A stretch of DNA of 64,000 nt from an uncultured Chloroflexia bacterium (GCA_963829295.1 CAWHHU010000006.1:198200-262199), one strand, 5' to 3'; counted from the first letter of the stretch, positions 8,513-18,356 are shown. Notes: a model not told the origin generated them from the sequence alone. Program-made: numbers and translations.

Positions 8513-10115
8513 GCGGCGCCGCTCCCTCGCCCGCGGCGCGCTCACCTTCATCGGGTTGGGGGCCGGGCCGGAGGCCGTACCAGTTTGCGGCTGCGCCCGC
8601 GACCAGCAGGCCCGAACACACCAGAGCCGCCAGGTGGAAGGCCTCGGTCGAGGCCTTCCGGGCCGCATCGGCGAGCTGCGGCGAGGTGCCCGCCCTGGGC
8701 GGGTTGAGCGGCTGGACCTGTGCCCGGAGGTCCGCGCTGTCGGGGTCGAGACCCGGGACCGCCGTCGCCAGCGAGGTGTAGAACGATCCGGTGACCACGA
8801 TGAAGATCACGGCCAGCAGGATCGGCTGTCCGATCCGGCTGACCGCGTTGTTGATCGCCGACGCGACACCGGCGTTGCGTACCGGGACGGACGACATCAG
8901 GGTCGAGGTGAGCGGCGCGACCACGAGCGAGATCCCCACCCCGAACAGCAGCACGAACGGCAGGACGTCGACCAGCGACGATGTCGGGGGCAGGAACGTC
9001 GAGGGATCGGAGGGCGCGAACGTCCAGGGCTGCGAATTGGCGGGCACCCGCGCGAACCATGCCAGGCCGGCAGCCATCAGGAGCGGGCCCACCCACAGGA
9101 ACACCCGGGCCCCGTACCGGCCTGCCAGCCCGCCGACACGGGTCGACAGGACCGTGAGCAGGATGCTGCTCGGCAGCGTCACCAGCCCGGCTGCCGTCGC
9201 GGTGTACCCAAGGACACCCTGCAGAAACAGGTACTCCGCCGAGAACGTCACGTACAGCGCGCCATAGATCAGGAGCGTGGAGATGTTGATGGTCGCGAAC
9301 GCACGGCGCCGGAACAGGTCGAGCGGCACGAGCGGGTTCCGTCGCCGGGTCATCAGGAACGGGAACGCCACCAGCGCCACGATCCCGACAGCCAGCGCAC
9401 CCCATGCGATCGGATCCTGCCACTGACGGTCCTGACCCCGGATCGCGCCGAAGGCGAGCCCGCCGATCGCCAGCACGGCGACCAGGGCGCCCAGCCAGTC
9501 GAACCGCCCGCTCGCGTTCTCGTCGCGGGTCTCGGGCATGTACCGGATCGTCGCGTACAGGGCCGTGACCACGAGCGGGACGTTGAGCAGGAACGCGGCC
9601 CGCCAGCTGACGCTGTCGACCAGAAAGCCCCCGGCGATCGGGCCGATCAGCGTCGTGGCCGACGTGGCCGAGGCCCAGATGCCGAAGGCTCGCGCCCGCG
9701 CCGGGCCATCGAACATCGCGGTCAGGATCGCCAGCGAGCAGGGCACGAGCAGCGCACCCGCCGCTCCCTGGAGGATCCGGAACACCACCAGCAGCTCGAG
9801 CGTGGGGGCGAGGCCGCACAGGACGGACGTCGTGCCGAAGCCGGCCAGCCCGATCAGGAACACGCGCCTTCGCCCGTGGTAGTCGGCCAGCGCGCCGGCG
9901 AGCACGAGCAGCGCGGCGAGCACCGCGAGGTAGCCGCTGACGGCGTACGCCTGGCCCTCCAGGGTGGACAGGAAGGTGGCCGGGAGCTCCTGGCCGATGG
10001 GCTTGAGGGCCAGGTTCACGACCGTGCCGTCGAGGAAGACCATCGACGATCCCAGGATCGCCGCGAGCATGGTCCAGCGCTGGGTCGAGGTCACCGAATC
10101 AGGGGGACGCGACAT
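8502..10115 (-). CDS. MFS transporter, DHA2 (EmrB/QacA) family, about 14 transmembrane segments
   Basis: Repeated hydrophobic helices and 'LDGTVVNLAL...GPLLGGLI'-type MFS motifs. Start chosen at 'MSRPPDSV' (10115); the ORF runs to 10202. Confidence 0.75.
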   Translation of the reverse strand: MSRPPDSVTSTQRWTMLAAILGSSMVFLDGTVVNLALKPIGQELPATFLSTLEGQAYAVSGYLAVLAALLVLAGALADYHGRRRVFLIGLAGFGTTSVLCGLAPTLELLVVFRILQGAAGALLVPCSLAILTAMFDGPARARAFGIWASATSATTLIGPIAGGFLVDSVSWRAAFLLNVPLVVTALYATIRYMPETRDENASGRFDWLGALVAVLAIGGLAFGAIRGQDRQWQDPIAWGALAVGIVALVAFPFLMTRRRNPLVPLDLFRRRAFATINISTLLIYGALYVTFSAEYLFLQGVLGYTATAAGLVTLPSSILLTVLSTRVGGLAGRYGARVFLWVGPLLMAAGLAWFARVPANSQPWTFAPSDPSTFLPPTSSLVDVLPFVLLFGVGISLVVAPLTSTLMSSVPVRNAGVASAINNAVSRIGQPILLAVIFIVVTGSFYTSLATAVPGLDPDSADLRAQVQPLNPPRAGTSPQLADAARKASTEAFHLAALVCSGLLVAGAAANWYGLRPGPQPDEGERAAGEGAAPLSG

Positions 10116-10246
10116 GGTTGGCCGAGTGTCGCAGGACACTCGAATCGCGTCCAGCGTGGGGCGGCATTCGCCTGGCCGGCCTGGATCTGCGTGGCGAGGC
10201 AATGCCCACGGAGTCGCTCGACGCGAGGCTGCTCTAGACTGCGCGC

Positions 10247-10969
10247 GTGCCCGGACCCGTGGCGCTCGTCGGCGCCGGTGAGTTCCTCGCTCCGATGGTC
10301 GAGCTCGACCGGAGCCTGCTCCGATCGATCGGTCGGCCGCGTCCGCGGGTCGTCATCCTGCCCACCGCGTCCGCCCCCGATGGGGAGCGGACGTTCCGGA
10401 CCTGGGCAGAGATGGGGGTCGACCATTTCAGCGCGCTGGGCGCCGACGTGGAGCCGGTCCTGGTGCGCAACACCGCCGAGGGCTACGACGCGGCCGTGCT
10501 CCAGGCGATCGGCGAGGCGGACCTCGTCTACCTCTCGGGCGGACACCCGCGGCATCTCAGCCGGGTGCTCCGCGAATCCCCGGTGGGCCAGGCTGTCGTC
10601 GATGCACACGGCCGTGGCGCCGTGATCGTCGGCTGCTCTGCCGGCGCCATGGCGATCGTCGGCCTGGCCGTCCACGTTCGCGTGGTCCCAAGGCTTCGGG
10701 TACCGCTGCCGTTCCTCATCAGCTGGCCCGCCGGACTGTCGCTCGTCGACGGAGTGGCGGTGCTGCCGCACTACGATGCATGGCCCGAGGCGCTGGCCGC
10801 GTCAGTCGCGCTCCAGGCGCCGCGAGGTGCGCTGGTCCTGGGGATCGACGAGGACACGGCCGCCGTCGGGCTGGACGGTGCCTGGCAGGTCCACGGTCGG
10901 GGCAGGGTCACCGTCTGGCACGGCCGCCACCGCGAGCGCTTTCACAAAGGGGAGGCTTTCCGGCTCTGA
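10247..10969 (+). CDS. Peptidase S51 / cyanophycinase-like class I glutamine-amidotransferase-fold protein (peptidase E family)
   Basis: 'VYLSGGHP' and 'IVGCSAGAMAI' (a Ser nucleophile in a GxSAG context) resemble peptidase E/cyanophycinase. GTG start. Confidence 0.55.
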   Translation: MPGPVALVGAGEFLAPMVELDRSLLRSIGRPRPRVVILPTASAPDGERTFRTWAEMGVDHFSALGADVEPVLVRNTAEGYDAAVLQAIGEADLVYLSGGHPRHLSRVLRESPVGQAVVDAHGRGAVIVGCSAGAMAIVGLAVHVRVVPRLRVPLPFLISWPAGLSLVDGVAVLPHYDAWPEALAASVALQAPRGALVLGIDEDTAAVGLDGAWQVHGRGRVTVWHGRHRERFHKGEAFRL

Positions 10970-11080
10970 ACGGGTGAGGATGGGGAGTCGGTTCATCCTG
11001 GGCATCGGTGCATCCCGAGCCCGCGCAGCCGGCATGGCAGGGGCTGCGGCCCGGAGCTAACGCGGGCAGGGGCTGCGCGG

Positions 11081-11419
11081 TCAGTCCGGGCGGACCTGGC
11101 GGAAGCAGTCCGAGCAGTAGACCGGCTTGTCCATGCGCGGCTTGAACGGCACCTGCGCCTGGTTCCCGCACGACGAGCAGACCGCCACGAAGTACTCGCG
11201 GGGGGCGCGATCGTCCGTGCGCTCATACCCGCGGGGCCCGCCGATCGACCGCAGATCGCCGCCGCCGTCGCGGGTTGCCCGGCGATAGGCCCGGCAGGAT
11301 GTGCACCGCTTGGGGTCGGAGGTAAACCCTTTCTGGGCGTAGTACTCCTGATCTGCAGCCGAGTGGATGAACTCCACTCCACAGTCGACGCAGGTCATGG
11401 TTCGATCGGTGTAGGTCAC
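11081..11419 (-). CDS. Small zinc-ribbon protein (two CxxC...CxxC pairs)
   Basis: 112 aa with 'CVDCG...CTSCR' and 'CSSCG...CSDC'. GTG start with a GGGAGG RBS 6 nt upstream. Confidence 0.55.
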   Translation of the reverse strand: MTYTDRTMTCVDCGVEFIHSAADQEYYAQKGFTSDPKRCTSCRAYRRATRDGGGDLRSIGGPRGYERTDDRAPREYFVAVCSSCGNQAQVPFKPRMDKPVYCSDCFRQVRPD

Positions 11420-11875
11420 GACGTTCCTCCCGGGCGCGCGCTCGGACGATGCTGATGCGCGACCGAAACGGGACCCTCCCCTGGGCGTCGGTGCCGGCGG
11501 GGAGTCAGCCGGGGCCGCGCGACCCAGGTGCCGTTCTCGGAGTCCCTAGCTCGGGGCGCACCGGTGAATGCGGCGCCAGCCTACACCGGGTGGCAGATCC
11601 CTGCTGGCAGGCGTAAAGGCGTCGTCGAGCTCGCCCTCGAGGGTGATGTTTCCGGTTCAGCGGGACAGGCGACCTGTCACAATGATGGACAGACTTGGCA
11701 TGGCGAGACGGGAGCGATGGGGGCGCCCGAATCGCAGCCGGGTCCCGGGAGCGTCCGACGAGCCCGATATGGCCCGGGGCCAGGCCCCGTGGTCCGGGTG
11801 GAGCGGCGGCTCGCGGGGCCCGGTTGGCACGCCCGTCCCGCGCCGTGCTGCAGCTAGGGGAGGCAGGCCCACCGC

Positions 11876-13051
11876 ATGCTCCGACTTCTCCACACGGCGG
11901 ACGTCCACCTCGGCGCCCGGCACGCCGATCTGGGTGACGCCGCCGCAGCCCAACGCGAGCGCCAGTTCGCGGCCTTCCGCGCAAGCGTGGACCTGGCGAT
12001 CGCCGAGAAGGTCGATCTGTTCCTGGTGGCCGGGGACCTGTTCGATTCCAACGTCCAGCCGCGCCGGTCGGTCGAGCGTGTAGCGGCCGAGCTCGCGAGG
12101 CTCGCGAAATCGCGGATCCGGAGCGTGCTGGTGCCGGGCACCCACGATGTGTACGACCGGTCATCTGTCTACCGCGCCTACAGCCTGTTCGCCATGGCCG
12201 GGACCCAGCCCACGGACGACCTGGTCACCGTGCTGACCCCGGAGCATCCGTGGGTCCACCTGGCCGCCCTCGATGCTGTCGTCCACGGCCCGGTGTTCCC
12301 GACCAAGCGCGCGCCCTACAGCCCGCTCCGGGACCTGGCGGCGGTCCAGACCCCGGCGGCGACCTGGAAGATCGGTGTCCTCCACGCGGCAATTGCCATC
12401 CCCGGACGGACGGATCACGACGAGGTCGTGATCACGGTCGAGGAGATCGGCGTGTCGGGCCTCGACTACCTCGCCCTTGGCCACTGGCATTCGGCCCAGG
12501 TCGCGACCAGCAAGGGCGTGACCTACGCGTACTGCGGCGCCCCGGAGCCGGTCGCCGTGGACCAGGACCGGGCGGGCAAGGTGCTGCTGGTGACGCTCGA
12601 CGAGCAGGACGGCAAGCGCCAGGTCAAGCTCGAGGAACGCGTTGTCGGCCGGACGGTCTTCGATCACCTCGACATCGACGCTGCAACCGTGGAATCGCAG
12701 CCGGCCCTCATCGCCCGCCTCCAGTCGACGGCCAATCCCGATCTCGTGCTCGACGTGCGGCTGATCGGCGTCCGACCCGACGAGCTCGACCTGGAGCCCG
12801 CCGAGGTCGAAGCCGCCCTGAAGGACTCGTTTCTGCGCGTCCGTGTACGCGACCAGAGCCATCCGGCGCTCACGGGCGGTTCGCTGCCACCGGCCGGGAC
12901 GATCGCGGGAGCGTTCATCCGCAATGTCGAGGGCCGGATCGCGGACCTCGAGGCCTCCGGCGACGAGGTTGCCGTCCGTGAGGCGGAGGAGCTGCGCGAC
13001 GTGCTCCGGCTCGGGCGGCTCCTGCTGGCGGGCCAGGAGGTGACGCTGTGA
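11876..13051 (+). CDS. sbcD: DNA repair exonuclease, SbcD/Mre11-family metallophosphoesterase (YhaO-like)
   Basis: N-terminal 'LLHTADVHLG' (phosphoesterase motif I), 'VAGDLFD' (II) and 'GHWH' (V). A GGGGAGG RBS lies upstream. Confidence 0.8.
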   Translation: MLRLLHTADVHLGARHADLGDAAAAQRERQFAAFRASVDLAIAEKVDLFLVAGDLFDSNVQPRRSVERVAAELARLAKSRIRSVLVPGTHDVYDRSSVYRAYSLFAMAGTQPTDDLVTVLTPEHPWVHLAALDAVVHGPVFPTKRAPYSPLRDLAAVQTPAATWKIGVLHAAIAIPGRTDHDEVVITVEEIGVSGLDYLALGHWHSAQVATSKGVTYAYCGAPEPVAVDQDRAGKVLLVTLDEQDGKRQVKLEERVVGRTVFDHLDIDAATVESQPALIARLQSTANPDLVLDVRLIGVRPDELDLEPAEVEAALKDSFLRVRVRDQSHPALTGGSLPPAGTIAGAFIRNVEGRIADLEASGDEVAVREAEELRDVLRLGRLLLAGQEVTL

Positions 13052-15231
13052 GGATCTCGAGCCTCGCGCTCACGGACATCCGCCGATACCGCGATCAGGA
13101 GATCGAGTTCGCGCCGGGGCTCACGATCGTTCGCGGACCCAACGAGTCCGGCAAGTCCACGCTCCAGCGTGCGATCGAGCTGGCGCTCACGCGCCGGGCC
13201 ACGAGCTCGGCCGCGGATCTCGACGGGTTGGTGCCCTGGGACGGGGATGCAGAGGCGCGGCCCGCGATCGGGCTCGCGTTCACCTACGAGGACGACGAGG
13301 GCGTCACCCACGAGGGCCGCCTGGCCAAGGCCTTCCGGGGTGCCAGGGGACAGGTGCGACTGGAGCTCGATGGAACCGTGATCACCGACCCGGCCAAGGC
13401 CGAGGAGGAGCTCGCGACCCTTTCGGGCGTCCCGACCGAGGGCTTCTTCCGGTCCACCGCGTCCATCCGTCACCACGAGCTCGCGGGACTCCAGCGCGAT
13501 GAGGGTGCCCTCCGTGATCGGCTTCAGGCGTCGATCAGCGGTGCCGACAGAGGCACCAGCCGGGCCAAGAAGAAGCTCGACCGGGCGCTCCATGAGCTCC
13601 AGATGCGCGGCCCCAAGAATCCCGGCCGGTTGAAGGTCGCCGAGGACGCCGTAACCGATGTGGAGACGCGCCTGCGGGCAGGCGAGGACCTGCTGGCCAA
13701 GCTGGAGCACGATCGAGACGACCTGGTCGTGGCCAGGGGCCGCCGCTCGGAGTCCGAGACGGCGCTCGCAGAGCGACGCTCGATGCTCGAGAAGGCGCGC
13801 CAGGCCGAGCGCCTGGACGTTGAGCGGGCGGCGGCGAACGAGCGCTACGAACGCTACCGGGAGGCGGTCTCGGTCCGTGACGAGATCGCCGAGCTCGAGC
13901 GTACGCACCCATCGTCAACGCCGCTACCCATCCTCCGGACGGCGGTGGAGCGGCTGCGGACCGTGGCCACCCGGATCAGCACCCTCGAGCAGATGCTCGA
14001 GGGTGAGGTCCATGTCAGCTTCGACGTGCCACCCGAGGTCCGCTGGCGCCATCTGTCGCGCTGGTCCCTGGTGCTGGTCGTCATCGGCATCGCGATCGCG
14101 GCGGTGGCGTTCGGCCTCGACCAGGCCGCGATCGTCGAGCTGGGCACGGTGCCGATCCTGGTTGGCGGGATCGTAGCCGCGGCCGGCCTGGTGCTCGCGT
14201 TCAACGGGTTCTGGCGGCGGCGCAGCGATCGTATCGAGAAGCAGCTGCGGGACGTCGAGGTCGATCGGCGCCTGCGCGGGCGCTCCGACATGGAGCTCGA
14301 GCTGCGCCAGTCGGAGGCGGAGCGGGAGGACCTCCTCGGACGGATCGGGCTGGCCGATCCCGCCCAGGCGGAGGCCATGCTCGAGGCAGAGGACAAGCAT
14401 GTCACTGCCATCGAGCAGCGCCGCGCCAGGCTGTCGGGCCTGATCGGGGACGAGGCGCTCGGATCGCTGCCACTGCGCCGGGATTCCGCGGCCCTCGAGA
14501 TCGAGCAGAAGACCGCCGCGCTCGAGGCGCTGGGCCCGATCGCCAAGGAGCCCCGCGCCCGCGAGCGCCTCGAGGTGGAGGTCACGGACGCGGAGGGTGC
14601 GCTGGAGCGGGCCCGCGACGACGAGGCCAACGCCCGTGCCCGCGTGGAGCAGAACCCGGTCGATGCGGAGGAGGTCGCCGGGCTCGCGGAACGGCTGGTC
14701 GGCTGGAAGGATGAGCTCGCCGCGCTCCGCCGTCGCGAGCAGATCTACGCGCGGACCCTGTCCGAGATCGGCGAGGCGGAGCAGGCCACCATGCAGCGCG
14801 CGACCCGCTATCTCGAGCGGCGCATGGTCGTAGACATCGCCCGGATCACCGATGGCCGCTACCGCCGCGTCCGCGTGGACGATGCCAACCTGGGGATCGA
14901 TGTGTACTCGCCCGAGCGGGTCGGCTGGGTCCCCGTGACGGACCTGTCCCAGGGCACGCTCGACGTGGTCTATCTGGCGGCTCGCCTGGGGCTGGTGCGA
15001 CTGGTCACCGGCGATCGCCGGCCGCCGCTCATCCTCGACGACCCGTTCGTGACCCTGGACGACGACCGAGCGTCCCGCGCGCTCGAGCTGCTGCGTGAGC
15101 TGGCCCCCGACTTCCAGGTCATCTACCTGACCACCTCAGACCGGTATGACGCGCTGGCCGACCAGGTGGTGGAGCTGGCCGGTCCGGTGGCAGTCGACGA
15201 CCACGAGCGCGACGAGGTGGCGCCTGCCTGA
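13048..15231 (+). CDS. SbcC/SMC-like AAA ATPase with two central transmembrane helices (YhaN-like)
   Basis: Walker A 'GPNESGKST', long coiled-coil-like Glu/Arg/Leu-rich segments, and Walker B/D-loop 'LILDDPFVTLDDDRA'. A hydrophobic hairpin 'WSLVLVVIGIAIAAVAFGL...VPILVGGIVAAAGLVLAF' lies mid-protein. Start overlaps the sbcD stop (GTGA). Confidence 0.75.
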   Translation: MRISSLALTDIRRYRDQEIEFAPGLTIVRGPNESGKSTLQRAIELALTRRATSSAADLDGLVPWDGDAEARPAIGLAFTYEDDEGVTHEGRLAKAFRGARGQVRLELDGTVITDPAKAEEELATLSGVPTEGFFRSTASIRHHELAGLQRDEGALRDRLQASISGADRGTSRAKKKLDRALHELQMRGPKNPGRLKVAEDAVTDVETRLRAGEDLLAKLEHDRDDLVVARGRRSESETALAERRSMLEKARQAERLDVERAAANERYERYREAVSVRDEIAELERTHPSSTPLPILRTAVERLRTVATRISTLEQMLEGEVHVSFDVPPEVRWRHLSRWSLVLVVIGIAIAAVAFGLDQAAIVELGTVPILVGGIVAAAGLVLAFNGFWRRRSDRIEKQLRDVEVDRRLRGRSDMELELRQSEAEREDLLGRIGLADPAQAEAMLEAEDKHVTAIEQRRARLSGLIGDEALGSLPLRRDSAALEIEQKTAALEALGPIAKEPRARERLEVEVTDAEGALERARDDEANARARVEQNPVDAEEVAGLAERLVGWKDELAALRRREQIYARTLSEIGEAEQATMQRATRYLERRMVVDIARITDGRYRRVRVDDANLGIDVYSPERVGWVPVTDLSQGTLDVVYLAARLGLVRLVTGDRRPPLILDDPFVTLDDDRASRALELLRELAPDFQVIYLTTSDRYDALADQVVELAGPVAVDDHERDEVAPA

Positions 15232-15259
15232 CGCCCTCGCCCCGGGCACGGCGATCGTC

Positions 15260-16093
15260 GTGCTCGGGCTCCTGTCGGCTGTCACCTGGGGCGCCGGCGA
15301 CTTCGGCGGGGGGTTGTTGAGTCGCCGAGCCCCGTTGTTCGGCGTGATCGCGGTCACCCAGGTGACCGGGTTGGTGGCGGCCCTGGCGATCGCGCTCGCC
15401 CGCGGAGAGCGGATCCCCGAGGGCACCGACGTCGGCTGGTCGCTGGTTGCCGGTGTCGCAGGGGTGGTCGGCATGTCGGCCCTCTACCGTGGGCTCGCGG
15501 CCGGCCGGATGGGTGTCGTCGCCCCCACGACCGGCGTGATCGGGGCGTCGGTGCCGGTGGTGGTGGGGTTCGCGCTCGAAGGCGTACCCCGGATGGCAGC
15601 GGTGGCCGGGATCGTCACCGCGTTGCTGGCCGTCGTGCTCGTAACGCGCTCCCCGACCCACGACGGTGACCGGCCTTCGGGCTTCACCTGGGCCCTGCTC
15701 GCAGGGGCGGCCATCGGGCTGTTCAACATCTCGATCGGCGAGCTGTCGAGCGCAGGCGCCTTCGCGCCGCTGGTCCTGATCAGGCTCGTTCAGGCGCTGC
15801 TCGTGGTATCGGTCGTGGTGGCCTGGCGGCAGCCCTGGCGTCTCGATGGCTGGACGCTGCGGCGGGTCCTGCTGGTCGGCCTGCTGGACATGGCGGGCAA
15901 CGCCTCGTTCATCGTGGCCGCTCAGACGGGAGCGCTGGCGATCGCGGCGGTGCTCAGCTCGCTGTACCCCGTGGTCACGGTGATGCTGGCCGTGGCGCTG
16001 CTCCACGAGCGGATGACCCGCAGGCACGTCGCGGGCATCGCGTTGACCGCGGTCGCCATCGTGCTGATCGGAGCCGGAACGGCCGGACCCTAG
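15260..16093 (+). CDS. EamA/DMT-family transporter
   Basis: About 10 transmembrane helices and an EamA-like duplicated architecture. Start is uncertain: GTG 15260, or 15146 overlapping the upstream gene. Confidence 0.65.
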   Translation: MLGLLSAVTWGAGDFGGGLLSRRAPLFGVIAVTQVTGLVAALAIALARGERIPEGTDVGWSLVAGVAGVVGMSALYRGLAAGRMGVVAPTTGVIGASVPVVVGFALEGVPRMAAVAGIVTALLAVVLVTRSPTHDGDRPSGFTWALLAGAAIGLFNISIGELSSAGAFAPLVLIRLVQALLVVSVVVAWRQPWRLDGWTLRRVLLVGLLDMAGNASFIVAAQTGALAIAAVLSSLYPVVTVMLAVALLHERMTRRHVAGIALTAVAIVLIGAGTAGP

Positions 16094-16118
16094 CCCGCGC
16101 ACGTCGTAGGATCGGTCG

Positions 16119-16577
16119 GTGCGGATCTCGGCGAAGGTTGACTACGCGGTACGGGCGATGTGCGAGCTCGCGGCCCGTGATGCCGAGGCACCGCTGAAGG
16201 CGGATCAGCTGGCGAGCGCCCAGGACATCCCGCTGTCGTTCCTCAACAACATCCTGGTCGACCTCCGCCGGGCGGGCATCGTGCGCTCGCTGCGCGGGCA
16301 GGTCGGCGGCCACCGGCTCGCCCGTCCGGCATCCCAGGTGGCCATCGCCGACATCATCCGGGCGGTGGAGGGTCCGCTCGCCGATGTGCGCGGGATCAGG
16401 CCCGAGTCGCTGTCGTTCGTCGGTCCCGCGACGGCCCTGCGCGACGTGTGGCTGGCAAATCGCGTCGGGGTCCGACGGGTGCTCGAAGGCGTGACGATCG
16501 CGGACGTCGTCTCGGGCGAGCTGCCTCCGGAGGTTCGCGAGCTGCTCGAGGATCCGGACGCGCTGGTCGCCCACTGA
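16119..16577 (+). CDS. Rrf2-family transcriptional regulator (CymR/IscR-like, no obvious Cys ligands)
   Basis: The N-terminus 'MRISAKVDYAVRAMCELA' is the Rrf2 HTH signature. Confidence 0.8.
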   Translation: MRISAKVDYAVRAMCELAARDAEAPLKADQLASAQDIPLSFLNNILVDLRRAGIVRSLRGQVGGHRLARPASQVAIADIIRAVEGPLADVRGIRPESLSFVGPATALRDVWLANRVGVRRVLEGVTIADVVSGELPPEVRELLEDPDALVAH

Positions 16578-16585
16578 CGCGCCGG

Positions 16586-16650
16586 TCGCCCCGCGCCGGC
16601 CTTCCGGTCGCCCCGCGCCGGTCTCGGGGTCAGGCGGCCTCCCGCCCGAG
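16586..16650. repeat. Direct repeat cggtcgccccgcgccgg (x2) and GC-rich dyad between the convergent Rrf2 and ssuC genes; candidate bidirectional terminator region
   Basis: Read directly in the 77-bp convergent intergenic region. Confidence 0.4.
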
Positions 16651-16654
16651 CCGC

Positions 16655-17566
16655 TCAGGCCCCAAGCAGGCCCCGCCTCTGGCGGATCCGGCGCTCGAGC
16701 GTCCCGAACACGACCGAGTCGAGCACGATCCCGATGATCAGGATCACCATCATGATCGCCAGCATCCCCTGGCTGTCGGCGAGCTCGCGGTTCACCTGGA
16801 GCAGCTGGCCGAGCGATGCCTTGTTGGCGATGACCACGATCAGCTCGCCGGCCATCAGGCTTCGCCACGCGAACGCCCAGCCCTGCTTGAGACCGCCGAC
16901 GAAGCTCGGCATCGCGGCAGGCAGGATGACGTACCGGTAGGCGTCGAATCCCCGCGCCCCGAGCACCCGGCCGGCCCGGGTCAGGACCGGTGGGATGTGG
17001 TCGACCCCGTGGATCAGCCCGTTCGCGATCGACGGCGCGGCGCCCAGGATCACCACGAAGGTGATTGCCTCCTCGCTCAGCTTGAACAGCAGGATCGCGA
17101 GCGGGAACCACGCGATCGAGGGCATGGTCTGGAGACCCATGATCAGCGAGCCGATCGCCGACCGCAGGACGCGGAACCGGGACACCAGCACCCCGATGCT
17201 GACCCCGATCGTCATCGCGAGCCCGAACCCCCACACCGCCCGGCGAAGCGTCGTCCACACGGCCAACCACAGCTCGGTTGTCCCGAGCTCCTGCCACAGC
17301 CGGCCGATCACCGCCGACGGGGGTGGCAGCACGTACGAGGGACGCCAGCCCGTCCAGACCACCGCTTCCCAGGCGCCCAGCACGATTGCCAGGGCGAGGA
17401 GCTTCGGCCACAGGGCGGCCCAGGCGCGCCGCCCGAGGGAGGTCGCGGGGATCAGCGGCGTCTCGAGGGCGTCGAGTCCGGCCACCTCGCGCCGGCCTCG
17501 GGCTGATCCCATGCCAGCGGGCACCAGGTGCGACAGGCCCGGACGCTGCGGCAGGTCAAGCGCCAT
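16655..17566 (-). CDS. ssuC: ABC transporter permease (SsuC/TauC nitrate-sulfonate-bicarbonate type)
   Basis: EAA-like loop and six transmembrane segments, typical of the NitT/TauT permease family. Confidence 0.75.
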   Translation of the reverse strand: MALDLPQRPGLSHLVPAGMGSARGRREVAGLDALETPLIPATSLGRRAWAALWPKLLALAIVLGAWEAVVWTGWRPSYVLPPPSAVIGRLWQELGTTELWLAVWTTLRRAVWGFGLAMTIGVSIGVLVSRFRVLRSAIGSLIMGLQTMPSIAWFPLAILLFKLSEEAITFVVILGAAPSIANGLIHGVDHIPPVLTRAGRVLGARGFDAYRYVILPAAMPSFVGGLKQGWAFAWRSLMAGELIVVIANKASLGQLLQVNRELADSQGMLAIMMVILIIGIVLDSVVFGTLERRIRQRRGLLGA

Positions 17567-18356
17567 GGCGGGCGACCTCCTCGCGCAGGCAGGCGGTGAC
17601 CTGCCTCGCCAGCGCGGTCACGTCCGGATCCTCGATCCGGCGAGGTCGGGGGATCGAGACCGGAAACTCCTCGGCAACCCGGCCCGGCCGGCTGGTCAGG
17701 AGCACGATGCGATCGCCCAGGCGCGCCGCCTCGCGGACGTTGTGGGTCACGAACAGGATCGTGCGGCCGGTCGCGAGCCAGATTCGCTCGAGCTCGTCGT
17801 GGAGGATGTCCCGGGTCATCGCGTCGAGGGCGCCGAACGGCTCGTCCATGAGCAGGACCTCGGCGTCGTGGGCGAGCGCGCGCGCAAGGGCGACCCGCTG
17901 GCGCATGCCGCCCGAGAGCTCGTGCGGCTGGCGGCGGGCGAAGGTCGTGAGCTGGACCAGGTCAAGCAGCTCGGCCACTCGCGTCCGGCGGGCCGTGACC
18001 GGCACGTGGTGCAGCCGGAGCGGCAGCTCCACGTTGCGCTCCACGCTCAGCCAGGGAAACAGCGCCGCCTCCTGAAACATGAACGATGGCTCACCCAGCC
18101 GCTCGACGGTGCCCCGGGTCGGCTGGTCCAGCCCGGCGATCACGTTGAGCAGCGTGGACTTGCCGCAGCCCGATGCACCGAGGATGCACACCAGCTCGCC
18201 ACGACCGACGGTCAGCGAGACGTCCTCGAGCGCGGTCACCGCACCGTGGCCGGTTCCGAACACCTTGCTTAGTCCCGACACGCGGACCGCCGTCGTGCGC
18301 TCTGTGGCCTCGACCCCGGGAGCGGCTGCAACGGCCGCCGGCGCTGCGGATGTCAT
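17556..18356 (-). CDS. ssuB: ABC transporter ATP-binding protein (SsuB/TauB type)
   Basis: Walker A 'GASGCGKST', signature 'LSGGMRQRVALARAL' and Walker B 'LLMDEPFGALD'. Start at 'MTSAAP' overlaps the ssuA stop. Confidence 0.85.
   Translation of the reverse strand: MTSAAPAAVAAAPGVEATERTTAVRVSGLSKVFGTGHGAVTALEDVSLTVGRGELVCILGASGCGKSTLLNVIAGLDQPTRGTVERLGEPSFMFQEAALFPWLSVERNVELPLRLHHVPVTARRTRVAELLDLVQLTTFARRQPHELSGGMRQRVALARALAHDAEVLLMDEPFGALDAMTRDILHDELERIWLATGRTILFVTHNVREAARLGDRIVLLTSRPGRVAEEFPVSIPRPRRIEDPDVTALARQVTACLREEVARHGA

Noticed and set aside
11660-11700. LexA/Cheo box or PafBC RecA-NDp motif upstream of sbcD
   Set aside because: There is no GAAC-N4-GTTC. TGTCACAA-N8-AGACTT only loosely resembles TGTCAGTG-N8-TANNNT, which is insufficient.
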